Assembly (NCBI GenBank): GCA_964502525.1
Contig: CAZCXH010000002.1
Location: 28,031 to 92,030 of the forward strand
Length of the DNA stretch: 64,000 nucleotides
Direction: 5' to 3'
Origin: an uncultured Chitinophagaceae bacterium
GTDB lineage: Bacteria > Bacteroidota > Bacteroidia > Chitinophagales > CAIOSU01
The notes under the pieces were generated by a model. It searched no databases and was not told the DNA's origin. It saw only the letters and a program-made list of their open reading frames with translations. Below, in pieces: positions 1-9,077 of this stretch. The position numbers and the translations under genes are program-made. Each line of letters starts with the position of its first letter. Position 1 is the stretch's first letter.

Positions 1-2
1 GT

Positions 3-452
3 GCGGCTATTGATGTTTTCCCGGCAGAACCGAAGTCAAAACAGGAGAAGTTTGTTTCGCCCCTGCAAAACCTCCGCAATGTGATCCTCACGCCCCACAT
101 CGGTGGCTCAACGCTCGAAGCGCAGGAAAATATCGGACTTGACGTATCAAGAAAAATCATCAGCCTTTTGGACACGGGCGCAACGATGGGTTCGCATACG
201 GTGCCTCCGCTCACCCTGCCTGTTCAGCAGGACACGCATCGTCTGCTGCACATTCATAAGAACCTGCCGGGCATGTTGTCGCAGATCAACGGCATCTGCT
301 CCGCTCTCAATGTGAACATTGTCGGGCAATACCTGAAAACCAACGACAAAATCGGATATGTTGTTCTTGACGTGGAGAAAACCACTTCCAAAAAAGCCTT
401 CGAAGAGATGAAGAAGGTGAAGCACACCATCAAGACAAGGATATTATATTGA
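3..452 (+). CDS. serA: D-3-phosphoglycerate dehydrogenase, C-terminal part (5' end lies outside the window)
   Basis: The frame is open from base 3. AAIDVFPAEP...LTPHIGGSTLEAQENIG is followed by an ACT-type regulatory domain ending TRILY, collinear with the E. coli SerA C-terminus as I remember it. Confidence 0.9.
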   Translation, partial: AAIDVFPAEPKSKQEKFVSPLQNLRNVILTPHIGGSTLEAQENIGLDVSRKIISLLDTGATMGSHTVPPLTLPVQQDTHRLLHIHKNLPGMLSQINGICSALNVNIVGQYLKTNDKIGYVVLDVEKTTSKKAFEEMKKVKHTIKTRILY

Positions 453-467
453 AGCAGACCTGACGGC

Positions 468-501
468 AGACCTGACAGGTTTTTAAAAACCTGTCAGGTC
501 T
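468..501. repeat. GACCTGACAGG palindromic element, copy 1 (just after the serA stop)
   Basis: AGACCTGACAGGTTTTT/AAAAACCTGTCAGGTCT is a perfect 34-nt palindrome. A partial extra half (CAGACCTGACGG) lies at 455-466. Confidence 0.9.
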
Positions 502-677
502 TATCCCCCTCCGTCCGTTATTTCAAACAAACTCCGGTTTGCGTGTTTAAATCGAAAAATGCAAGCTGCCTGTTTAGCGGATACTTTAGCCCATAATTAT
601 TCAGCCATGTTTGCCCAAAGCCCTCCCTGCCAGGAGGGCTTTCTTTTTCTTATTTTCACTCCTCAAATACCTGATTC

Positions 678-1079
678 ATGTCATCTAAAATCGCTCATAT
701 TGGCGGTACGTTCATCTACTCAAAAAATCCCGCGCGGTTAGCCGCATGGTATAAAGCGAATCTTGGGATTGAGTACACCCATTCACCTGAGTATAACGCC
801 TGGTTTGCATCATTCTATTACAATGATGAAAAAACCGGAAGGCGGGCTTATGTGGCATGGTCAATTCTTGAAAACAAAAACCGCCCTGAACTGAGTGATA
901 ACGAAAAAGTTTTCTGCATCAACTACCGCGTGAATGACCTTGAATCGCTGGCGGCTGAATTGAAAGCCAAAGGCATTGCGGTTAAGGGCATCGAAACTTA
1001 TCCTGAAGGAAAATTCGCGTGGATACATGATCCGGATGATAATTACATCGAACTGTGGGAAGACACCGCTTTGAAATAG
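678..1079 (+). CDS. VOC / glyoxalase-bleomycin resistance family protein
   Basis: 133 aa. The small beta-alpha-beta-beta-beta style sequence and the C-terminal FAWIHDPDDNYIELWE are typical of glyoxalase-fold proteins. Confidence 0.65.
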   Translation: MSSKIAHIGGTFIYSKNPARLAAWYKANLGIEYTHSPEYNAWFASFYYNDEKTGRRAYVAWSILENKNRPELSDNEKVFCINYRVNDLESLAAELKAKGIAVKGIETYPEGKFAWIHDPDDNYIELWEDTALK

Positions 1080-1092
1080 CAAATTTGAAATC

Positions 1093-2271
1093 ATGAATAT
1101 CGCATCCCGAATGGCGAAAGTTATTTTGACTCTTCTTTTGCTGAATTTTCATGCTTACGCGCAGAAATTTCCAAACCTCGCCCTCACCCCGCCCATGGGC
1201 TGGAACAGTTGGAACTACTTTCATTGCGAGGGGCTGAATGAGCAAATGGTGCGCGAGATGGCTGATGCCATGGTGAGCAGCGGCATGAAAGATGCAGGAT
1301 ACGAGTACATCGTGCTGGACGATTGCTGGCAGACTGCACGAGATAAAGACGGCAATATCATTGCTGACTCAACAAAATTTCCTTCCGGAATGAAGGCGCT
1401 GGGCGATTACATCCATTCAAAAGGTTTGAAATATGGAATCTACTCCTGCGCGGGCAGAAAGACCTGCCAGGATCGCCCTGGCGGGCATCGTTATGAGAAA
1501 CAGGACGCGCAAGCCTACGCCTCATGGGATGTTGATTATTTGAAATATGACTGGTGCCACCATCGTTTTCTCAAATCGAAAAAACAATATGCGAAGATGC
1601 GCGATGCGCTCTACGAGGCAGGCCGTCCTGTGGTTTTCAGCATCTGCGAATGGGGTACCACCAAACCCTGGAAGTGGGGAAAAGACGTTGGACACCTGTG
1701 GCGCACCACGCGCGACATTGTTGACTGCTGGGATTGCAGCAAATACCTCGGCTACCTTGATGGCGTGATGAAAATTCTGGATCAGCAGACGGGGCTTGAA
1801 CAATATGCTGGTCCCGGGCATTGGAACGATCCCGACATGCTCGAAGTGGGCAATGGCGGCATGACCGAAAGCGAATACCGCGCCCACTTCAGCCTGTGGT
1901 GCATGTTAACCGCTCCGCTCATGGCGGGAAATGATTTGCGCAGCATGTCGCAAAGCACCATTGACATTCTGACCAATAAGGAAGCGATTGCCATTGACCA
2001 GGACACTCTTGGCGCGCAGGGTTTTAAGATCTCTGATGAGGGCGACTTTGAGGTTTGGGCGAAACGCCTCGCAGGTGACGAATGGGCGTTCTGTTTCCTC
2101 AATCGCGGATCAGCGTCTGTCAGCCGTGCCATTGACTGGAGCAAGTTTAATATCACGCAGTCTTACCGCATCCGTGATCTATGGAAACATGCCGATGCGG
2201 GAACCACCCGGTCTCCCTTTGAAATCACCGTGCAGCCGCATGATGTGGTGATGGTGAGGTTAAGAAATTAG
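1093..2271 (+). CDS. alpha-galactosidase, glycoside hydrolase family 27, secreted
   Basis: An N-terminal signal peptide is present, with the GH27 motifs PPMGWNSWN, YIVLDDCW and YLKYDWC. Confidence 0.9.
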   Translation: MNIASRMAKVILTLLLLNFHAYAQKFPNLALTPPMGWNSWNYFHCEGLNEQMVREMADAMVSSGMKDAGYEYIVLDDCWQTARDKDGNIIADSTKFPSGMKALGDYIHSKGLKYGIYSCAGRKTCQDRPGGHRYEKQDAQAYASWDVDYLKYDWCHHRFLKSKKQYAKMRDALYEAGRPVVFSICEWGTTKPWKWGKDVGHLWRTTRDIVDCWDCSKYLGYLDGVMKILDQQTGLEQYAGPGHWNDPDMLEVGNGGMTESEYRAHFSLWCMLTAPLMAGNDLRSMSQSTIDILTNKEAIAIDQDTLGAQGFKISDEGDFEVWAKRLAGDEWAFCFLNRGSASVSRAIDWSKFNITQSYRIRDLWKHADAGTTRSPFEITVQPHDVVMVRLRN

Positions 2272-2279
2272 GTTCTCTA

Positions 2280-2924
2280 TTGAAACAGGAATTGCTGAGA
2301 GAATATGAATTTAACCCTGGGCGAATCAATGTCTTTTGGTTTTCCCTTTTGCTATTGATTCAAACAGTACGCGCGCAGCCTGATGCCATTTCAAAAGCGT
2401 TTCCTTTCGAATTATCAAAATTTACATGGGAGTCAGGAGTTGAGTATCTGTGGCCGGTTGAGCGGGAGCGCCAAATCCAAACTGTTTCTTTTAATACGTT
2501 CATTGGAAAAGAGTTCTTCAAAAAAATCCACTTGTCCCCTTATGGAGGAATCACTGCAACTTATGCATGGGGAAGCATCATCCAAACTGACGATACTTTT
2601 CAGGAAGTGGAATATGATAATGCCGCTTTTGGCGCAGGTCCCGTTTTCATGCTGCGCTTTGAGCCGCTCGTTTACAGGGGCTTCTCGCTCGGTGCGGACG
2701 CCAGCGGTGGAATTATTTTCTACACCAGCGATTTTCCTGCCGGAGGCGATTTCTACAATTTCATGTGGCGCATAGGCCCAACAGCAGCCTGGCGATTCAA
2801 CAACAAATATTCAATCAACGCGGGCTTCCGCTGGATGCACGTCTCAAACGGACAGGGGATTGGACGGCATAATCCATATTACCCCGCTCGGGGAATTTTC
2901 TTCAACTTTAGACGGTATTTCTGA
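2280..2924 (+). CDS. outer-membrane acyloxyacyl hydrolase / lipid A 3-O-deacylase (PagL)-like beta-barrel protein
   Basis: It has a signal peptide, alternating beta-strand pattern, the PagL-type WMHVSNGQG His-Ser motif and a terminal aromatic residue. The start codon is uncertain (TTG 2280). Confidence 0.6.
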   Translation: MKQELLREYEFNPGRINVFWFSLLLLIQTVRAQPDAISKAFPFELSKFTWESGVEYLWPVERERQIQTVSFNTFIGKEFFKKIHLSPYGGITATYAWGSIIQTDDTFQEVEYDNAAFGAGPVFMLRFEPLVYRGFSLGADASGGIIFYTSDFPAGGDFYNFMWRIGPTAAWRFNNKYSINAGFRWMHVSNGQGIGRHNPYYPARGIFFNFRRYF

Positions 2925-2985
2925 TCGGGTTTGATTTTCACTTCGTCATTCATTATATTCATTTCCCATAGTAGCGCAACAACAA

Positions 2986-3477
2986 ATGCCTGCCTGGATT
3001 TTTAAAAAATTTGAGGAACTTACCCCGCACGAATTGTATGACGCGCTTGCCCTCCGTCAGAAGGTCTTCATTGTCGAGCAACACTGCCCCTACCTCGATG
3101 CTGACGGCAAAGACAAGCAGGCGCATCACCTCCTCGCTTACGAAGGCAGCAGGCTGCTGGCTTATGCCCGCATTACGTTCCCTGGGGTGCGTTTCAGGGA
3201 AGTTTCTGTCGGACGCATCATCAGCGACCCGGGGCACCGGAGAAAAGGACTCGGAAAGAAAGTGACCGCCATGGGATTGCAGAAAATAAAAGAAATATAT
3301 GGTGATGTCCCCGTCCGCATTTCGGCTCAGAGCTATCTTGTTCCTTTCTATGAATCATTCGGGTTTGAGGCGGTTGGCAATGAATATGACGAGGATGGAA
3401 TTCCGCACCGGGAAATGGTCAGGATGGCGGATTCAGATGATGAATTGCTTTTTGAACCTATCTCAAAAATGCCATAA
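2986..3477 (+). CDS. GNAT family N-acetyltransferase (ElaA-like)
   Basis: ELTPHELYDALALRQKVFIVEQHCPYLDADGKD and the RRKGLGKK acetyl-CoA loop are present. Confidence 0.8.
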   Translation: MPAWIFKKFEELTPHELYDALALRQKVFIVEQHCPYLDADGKDKQAHHLLAYEGSRLLAYARITFPGVRFREVSVGRIISDPGHRRKGLGKKVTAMGLQKIKEIYGDVPVRISAQSYLVPFYESFGFEAVGNEYDEDGIPHREMVRMADSDDELLFEPISKMP

Positions 3478-3526
3478 TTGCAATATGATGCGGCAATCAA
3501 CCTGCGAAAATCAGCGGGAAATTATA

Positions 3527-3637
3527 CAGGTTTTCGAACTCGTACTGCATAGTACCCGATGGCATATCCTCCGAAGGAGTCCGGAGTCCTTCGGACCGAT
3601 CGCAATTCGTTTTTTACACTTGTTTCGGGATAATTAT
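3527..3637 (+). repeat. about 85-110-nt intergenic repeat, copy A (carries a 26-nt palindromic insertion)
   Basis: CAGGTTTTCGAACTCGTACTGCATAGTACCCGATGG...CCGATCGCAATTCGTTTTTTACACTTGTTTCGGGATAA aligns with 24639-24720. The extra TCCGAAGGAGTCCGGAGTCCTTCGGA lies at 3570-3595. Confidence 0.85.
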
Positions 3638-3657
3638 CCACTCGTCATTTCTCTTGC

Positions 3658-3665
3658 TACCTTTG
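3658..3665 (+). promoter_or_regulatory. -7 box TACCTTTG upstream of tag
   Basis: Exact TAnnTTTG match, with 7 nt between the box and the ATG at 3673. Confidence 0.45.
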
Positions 3666-3672
3666 AGATTAA

Positions 3673-4275
3673 ATGTCAAAGCAACTTACCCGTTGCCTCT
3701 GGCCCGGAACAAATCCGCTGATGATCGCCTATCACGACCGCGAATGGGGCCGTCCGAGCCATAACGATCGCAAGCTGTTTGAAGCCGTTGTGCTGGATGG
3801 CTTTCAGGCAGGGCTGAGCTGGAGCACCATCTTGAACAAGCGCGAAAACTTCCGCAAGGCATTCGACAACTTCGATGCGGAAAAAATTGCGCGTTACAAT
3901 TCCCGAAAGCTCAACGCTCTGATGAACGATGCCGGCATCATCCGCAACAAGATGAAGATTGAAGCTTCAGTAAAGAACGCCAAAACCTTTTTGAAAACAC
4001 AGGAAGAGTTCGGCAGCTTCGACAGATACATCTGGCAATTCACCGATCACAAAACAATTCATAACAAATGGGAGCACAGGAAGCAGATTCCCGCAAGCAC
4101 AAAAGAATCTGACGCCATGAGCAAAGACATGAAGCAAAGGGGGTTCGGCTTCTGCGGCACCACCATTTGTTACGCCTTCATGCAGGCGGTGGGCATGGTG
4201 AACGATCATCTGATGGATTGCTTTTGCTACAATCAGATAAGAGCATCATCCTATGATAATACATCTGATGACTAA
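3673..4275 (+). CDS. tag: DNA-3-methyladenine glycosylase I
   Basis: RCLWPGTNPLMIAYHDREWGRP and the C-terminal zinc-site HLMDC pattern are present. Confidence 0.9.
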   Translation: MSKQLTRCLWPGTNPLMIAYHDREWGRPSHNDRKLFEAVVLDGFQAGLSWSTILNKRENFRKAFDNFDAEKIARYNSRKLNALMNDAGIIRNKMKIEASVKNAKTFLKTQEEFGSFDRYIWQFTDHKTIHNKWEHRKQIPASTKESDAMSKDMKQRGFGFCGTTICYAFMQAVGMVNDHLMDCFCYNQIRASSYDNTSDD

Positions 4276-4302
4276 TGTCGGTTTTTCGGAGGAGGCTCAA
4301 AC

Positions 4303-5073
4303 TTGCAAACTTCACTACCTTTATCCCGCGTGAATAAAAACCAGATCATCTACGGCAGGCACCCTGTTTTCGAAGCTCTGAAAGCCGGGAAGACATTTGA
4401 AAAAATCCTCTTGCAGCAGGGGATCGCCTCTCCTGAAATCAGATCCGTCAAGCAACTGGCGAGACAGATGGAGATTCCCCTGCAGAATGTTCCACCGCAA
4501 AAGCTGTACGCCATCACCGCGAAAAACCACCAGGGCGTGGTGGCTTTTCTTTCGCTGATACAATATTATAATGTGGAGGATGTGATGCTGAAGGCGTATG
4601 ACGAGGGGCGTGCACCCCTATTAATGGTGCTCGACAATATTACCGATGTGCGGAATTTCGGGGCGATAGCGCGCTCGGCAGAGGTGGCGGGTGTGGATGC
4701 GCTGGTGGTGCCGCAAAAAGGGGGCGCGCTGATCAATGAAGATGCGGTGAAAACATCGGCAGGCGCATTGAACCTGATTCACGTATGCAAGGCAAGGTCG
4801 CTGGCTGAAGCGGTTGATTACCTGAAACTCAACGGCATCCGTATTTTTGCGGCAGAGGAGCGGGCTGATAAAAAAGTGTTCGAGATGGATTTCACGATTC
4901 CCGCAGCGGTAATATTGGGTGCCGAAGGTGAAGGTATCGGCAAAGAGTTGATGAAAAAGGCCGATGCATCATTCAGCATCCCGATGAAGGGAAAAATCGG
5001 CTCGTTCAATGTTTCTGTGGCAGCGGGAATTGTGATGTATGAAGCAATGCGGCAACGTACCAGTGTCAAGTAG
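4303..5073 (+). CDS. rlmB: 23S rRNA (guanosine-2'-O)-methyltransferase RlmB / TrmH-SpoU family
   Basis: An N-terminal substrate-binding domain (YGRHPVFEAL) is followed by SpoU motifs (NFGAIARSAE, ILGAEGEGI, SFNVSVAAGIVMYE). Confidence 0.85.
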   Translation: MQTSLPLSRVNKNQIIYGRHPVFEALKAGKTFEKILLQQGIASPEIRSVKQLARQMEIPLQNVPPQKLYAITAKNHQGVVAFLSLIQYYNVEDVMLKAYDEGRAPLLMVLDNITDVRNFGAIARSAEVAGVDALVVPQKGGALINEDAVKTSAGALNLIHVCKARSLAEAVDYLKLNGIRIFAAEERADKKVFEMDFTIPAAVILGAEGEGIGKELMKKADASFSIPMKGKIGSFNVSVAAGIVMYEAMRQRTSVK

Positions 5074-5142
5074 CCGGTGCCCGGATCTCAGTTATCCGCG
5101 CACCGAGCATCAGCGCTGATGCGCTCAGTGCTCAGCGCTTGC

Positions 5143-6492
5143 TTACAGCGTATTGAACTCATCCATGGTCACCGTCTTGCCCTCCAGCGTCACTTTGCCC
5201 TTGATGAACTCGATAACTTTCCTGCCGGTCAATTCCTCATAGAAACGCTTCGCATGTTCTTCCTTTTTCAGCATTTCGTCAGCCAACCCTCCGATCATTT
5301 TGCCGCTCTCTTCATTATCGGGCAAACCATAATAGCTGCGGATAATTTCCTTTGCATGAGCTTTCATTTCACCGGCTGACACTTCCAGGTTGCTATCCTT
5401 TTTGATCTTACTGGAGATGAGCGTCCATTTCAGGTTTCTCGCAAAGCCATTGTATTCGTGCTCCACCTGTTCGCGCGACACGGGCTTTTCGCTGCTGTGC
5501 TGTATCCACCGCTTCAGGAATTCATCCGGCAATTGCACGTTCGTTTTTTCAAGAAATACATTGACGATGTCGCGGTTCAGCAGGTGTTCGCATTCTTTTT
5601 TGTAAGCTTCCTCCAGATCCTTTTTCAGCCTTTCGCGGAATTCTTCTGTTGATTTAACAGCGTCTTTTCCGAAAACCTTGTCGAACAGTTGCTGATTGAT
5701 TTCAGCCGGAATAACGCGGTTGATTTTTTCCAATTGAATCCGGAAGATTTTATTCAGATGAACATGCTCCTTTAATTTCAGGTAATGATGAATAATATCT
5801 TCCACACCGGCTTTTAATGATTTCATCAGCTCGGCATCAAGATGCTCGCCCGGTTTTTTACCGATCCATTGTTCGGCAACCGCATCCTCAAACTTTGCGA
5901 GGGGAACTGCCGTTGCATTCTGAACACCGCCTTCCTTCACGTTTCCGGTTTCGTCCAATTCAATAAACTTAACATATAATATGTCTCCGCTTGCAACCGC
6001 ATCTTCTGGATTGGTCATCTCTCCGTAGCGTTTCTGCAAGTATTCCGCATTCTTGTCAACAGCCTTGTCGTCAATTTTCACTTCATAGCGGGTTATTTTG
6101 GTATCAAGGCTCAGGGCTGTCACTTCTATCATAGGGTTTAATCCCAGATCGTAGGCGAACTCGTAGTTTTTCTGCTCATTCACTTCTAATTGGAGCTTTC
6201 CCCCATTTTCATGGGGCAAAGGACTGCCGAGAATTTCGATCTTGTTGTCCGTGAGATATTTGGTAAGCTCTTTGTTAATGAGGTTATTCAACTCTTCAGC
6301 AAGCACATCGTTGCCATAAAGCTTCTTAATGTGCCCAACGGGGACAAAACCCTTGCGGAAGCCTTTGATATCAGCCTTTTTGCTGAGTTTCTTCAATGAT
6401 TCGCTCACCAGCGGCTCATAGTCCTGCGGGGTTACATTGATTTTGAGCGTTGCGTTTTGGGCGTCAACGGTTTCCTTTGTAATTGTAGCCAT
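5143..6492 (-). CDS. tig: trigger factor
   Basis: 449 aa. The N-terminal ribosome-binding motif GFRKGFVP is present and the domain order is typical of trigger factor. Confidence 0.9.
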   Translation of the reverse strand: MATITKETVDAQNATLKINVTPQDYEPLVSESLKKLSKKADIKGFRKGFVPVGHIKKLYGNDVLAEELNNLINKELTKYLTDNKIEILGSPLPHENGGKLQLEVNEQKNYEFAYDLGLNPMIEVTALSLDTKITRYEVKIDDKAVDKNAEYLQKRYGEMTNPEDAVASGDILYVKFIELDETGNVKEGGVQNATAVPLAKFEDAVAEQWIGKKPGEHLDAELMKSLKAGVEDIIHHYLKLKEHVHLNKIFRIQLEKINRVIPAEINQQLFDKVFGKDAVKSTEEFRERLKKDLEEAYKKECEHLLNRDIVNVFLEKTNVQLPDEFLKRWIQHSSEKPVSREQVEHEYNGFARNLKWTLISSKIKKDSNLEVSAGEMKAHAKEIIRSYYGLPDNEESGKMIGGLADEMLKKEEHAKRFYEELTGRKVIEFIKGKVTLEGKTVTMDEFNTL

Positions 6493-6496
6493 TTTG

Positions 6497-6588
6497 ATTT
6501 GGTTATTTGTTGATCGGTTTATTGGTTAATTGGTAATAGGTATCTGGAATTCCCAATTAACCTATTAACGAATTAACCGATAACCGAA
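6497..6588. repeat. tandem-word hairpin (GGTTAAT/ATTAACC words) between tRNA-Leu and the tig start
   Basis: The left arm CGGTTTATTGGTTAATTGGTAATAGGT is complementary, with mismatches, to the right arm CCAATTAACCTATTAACGAATTAACCGATAACCG. Confidence 0.75.
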
Positions 6589-6594
6589 TGAAAG

Positions 6595-6676
6595 TGCGGA
6601 TGAAGGGACTCGAACCCCCAAGGATTGCTCCACCAGATCCTAAGTCTGGCGCGTCTGCCAGTTCCGCCACATCCGC
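6595..6676 (-). tRNA. tRNA-Leu, anticodon TAG, type II with long variable arm; CCA not encoded
   Basis: The reverse complement folds as acceptor GCGGATG/CATCCGC, D-arm GCG-GAACTGGCAGA-CGC, anticodon stem-loop CCAGA-CTTAGGA-TCTGG, a 13-nt variable arm, and T-arm GGGGG-TTCGAGT-CCCTT. Confidence 0.85.
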
Positions 6677-6689
6677 CTGAAAAACAGGG

Positions 6690-6697
6690 CAAAGTTA
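6690..6697 (-). promoter_or_regulatory. Bacteroidota -7 box TAACTTTG upstream of tRNA-Leu
   Basis: The reverse complement of CAAAGTTA is an exact TAnnTTTG match, 13 nt before the mature tRNA 5' end. Confidence 0.5.
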
Positions 6698-6791
6698 CAA
6701 AATCAGGATGGTAAGAAGTACCTGAAAAACGGTTTCGGCAACTAAATCCCCCGCATTTCCGTCTGAATTATTACCCTGAATTTTTGTTAAA

Positions 6792-9077
6792 ATGAAGGCG
6801 GCTCTATCTAAATTTACTTCCGCACCAAAGGTTATGACGCAAAATCCTGTCATATACGACATTGAACAGGAGCGCAAGGAAATCCTGAAGCGTTACCGCT
6901 ACCTGCTGAGGGTGGTCAAGCCGCGGCTCAATGATGAGCAGGACAAGCGCATGCTGCGCAAAGCTTTTGAGATAGCGCTTGAAGCCCATAAGGAGATGCG
7001 CAGGAAGTCCGGTGAGCCGTATATATTGCATCCCCTTGCCGTTGCAACTATCGTAGCGGAGGAGATGGGGATGGGCCCGACATCTGTCATCTGCGCGTTA
7101 TTGCACGACACCGTGGAGGACACGGAACTCTCCATTGAAGACATACGCGCGGAGTTCAGCGAATCCATCGCCAAGATCGTTGACGGGCTGACAAAAATCT
7201 CAGGGATATTTGACCTGCACAGCTCGCAGCAGGCGGAGAACTTCCGCAAGCTCGTTTTTTCGATCGCTGACGACATGCGCGTGATACTGATCAAGATAGC
7301 CGACCGTCTCCACAACATGCGAACGCTCGAACACATGCCGCGCGACAAGCAGCTTAAAATCGCTTCCGAAACTTCCTATCTGTATGCCCCGCTTGCCCAC
7401 CGTCTTGGATTCTATGAAATAAAATCGGAGCTGGAAGACCTCGCGATGAAATACACCCAGCGGGACATGTACCGCTTCATCGCCAAAAAGCTGAACGAAA
7501 GCAAGCGCGAGCGCAACAAATACATCAATGAGTTCATCAAGCCGATAGAGGAGCGGCTGAAGAAGGAAGGCTTGAAATTCCGCATCTACGGACGCCCGAA
7601 ATCCATTCATTCCATATGGAATAAGATGCAGACGAAGCAAGTGGATTTCGAGCAGGTGTATGATCTGTTCGCCATCCGCATCATTATTGACACCACGCCC
7701 GACAAGGAAAAGGCTGAGTGCTGGAGAGTTTATTCTATCGTTACTGACTTCTACCGTCCCAACCCCAGCAGGCTGCGCGACTGGATCAGCAACCCCAAGG
7801 CAAACGGTTATGAAGCCCTGCACACAACGGTAGTCAAGAACGGCAAATGGGTGGAAGTGCAGATACGCACCGAGCGGATGGATGAGATTGCCGACCGGGG
7901 ATATGCTGCGCATTGGAAATACAAGGAAGGCAGCAACGCCTCTACCGAAAGCGCACTGGACGAATGGCTGATGAAGATGCGCGAGATCATCAAGAATCCT
8001 GAATCGAGCGCGCTCGACTTCATGAACGATTTCCGGCTGAATCTTTATTCGCAGGAAATCTATGTGTTTACCCCGAAAGGTCAGTTGAAACGCCTGCCCA
8101 GCGGCTCCACCGCGCTGGATTTCGCTTTCGATATTCACACGCAGATCGGGATGTCATGCATTGGCGCCAAAGTGAATTACAAGCTGGTGCCCCTGAGCCA
8201 CACGCTCAGAACGGGAGACCAGGTGGAGATCATCACGTCCAAAAAACAAAAGCCAAAAGAAGACTGGCTCAACTTCGTCACCACCGGCAAGGCGAAAGCG
8301 AAAATCAAGAATGCGCTCAAGGAGGAAATGCGCCTCGTGGCTGCCGAAGGCAGGGAAATCCTCGAACGCAGGCTGCGCGCGCTGAAAGTGGACTTTTCAC
8401 CCGACCTTGCCCAAGCCCTTGCAAAACACTACAAGTTGCCTGGCACAAATGAGATGTATGCGGAGATAGTGTCGAAAAAAATTGACCTGAAAAATCTTGC
8501 AAAAGACAACTTTGACGGCAACAAGCTGGCAGCGCCTAAGGAGGCTGAGAAGAAGGTTGTTGAAAAACCAGAAAGCATCGAAGATGCCGTCCGCAAAACG
8601 CTGAACAGAAATGCAGAACTGCTGATCTTTGACGATAACATTGAAAAGATTGACTATAAGTTCGCTCAATGCTGCAATCCTATACCCGGTGATGACGTAT
8701 TCGGTTTCATCACCATCAATGAAGGGATCAAGATCCATAAAACCAACTGTCCGAATGCCACGCAGCTCATGAGCAATTACGGGTACCGCATCATCAAAAC
8801 ACGGTGGAACAAGCAGCATGAAATCGCATTCCTTACGGAACTGAAGGTGAACGGCATTGATGATGTGGGGGTGATGCAGAAGATCACCAACATCATTTCA
8901 GGAGAAATGCGGCTCAACATGCAAAGCATATCGCTGGACAGCAAAGACGGCATCTTCGAAGGTGTGATCACCGTTTTCGTCCACGACACCGGGCAGTTGG
9001 AAGATTTGATCACCCGGCTTAAAAAAATTGAAGGACTGCTTTCGATCAGCAGAAGCGACAACCTCGAAAAAAAATAG
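6792..9077 (+). CDS. bifunctional (p)ppGpp synthetase/hydrolase, RelA/SpoT family
   Basis: The domains are HD hydrolase (HPLAVATIVAEE...LLHDTVEDT), synthetase (RPKSIHSIWNKM, YEALHTTV), TGS and ACT. The true start may be the Met at 6834. Confidence 0.95.
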   Translation: MKAALSKFTSAPKVMTQNPVIYDIEQERKEILKRYRYLLRVVKPRLNDEQDKRMLRKAFEIALEAHKEMRRKSGEPYILHPLAVATIVAEEMGMGPTSVICALLHDTVEDTELSIEDIRAEFSESIAKIVDGLTKISGIFDLHSSQQAENFRKLVFSIADDMRVILIKIADRLHNMRTLEHMPRDKQLKIASETSYLYAPLAHRLGFYEIKSELEDLAMKYTQRDMYRFIAKKLNESKRERNKYINEFIKPIEERLKKEGLKFRIYGRPKSIHSIWNKMQTKQVDFEQVYDLFAIRIIIDTTPDKEKAECWRVYSIVTDFYRPNPSRLRDWISNPKANGYEALHTTVVKNGKWVEVQIRTERMDEIADRGYAAHWKYKEGSNASTESALDEWLMKMREIIKNPESSALDFMNDFRLNLYSQEIYVFTPKGQLKRLPSGSTALDFAFDIHTQIGMSCIGAKVNYKLVPLSHTLRTGDQVEIITSKKQKPKEDWLNFVTTGKAKAKIKNALKEEMRLVAAEGREILERRLRALKVDFSPDLAQALAKHYKLPGTNEMYAEIVSKKIDLKNLAKDNFDGNKLAAPKEAEKKVVEKPESIEDAVRKTLNRNAELLIFDDNIEKIDYKFAQCCNPIPGDDVFGFITINEGIKIHKTNCPNATQLMSNYGYRIIKTRWNKQHEIAFLTELKVNGIDDVGVMQKITNIISGEMRLNMQSISLDSKDGIFEGVITVFVHDTGQLEDLITRLKKIEGLLSISRSDNLEKK

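Noticed and set aside
5077-5379. A 100-aa plus-strand ORF lies after rlmB.
   Set aside because: It overlaps the 3' end of tig on the opposite strand and has no motifs, so it is a likely antisense artefact.
7200-8138. A 312-aa minus-strand ORF lies inside relA/spoT.
   Set aside because: It is antisense to a strongly supported RelA/SpoT gene and has no recognisable domain.
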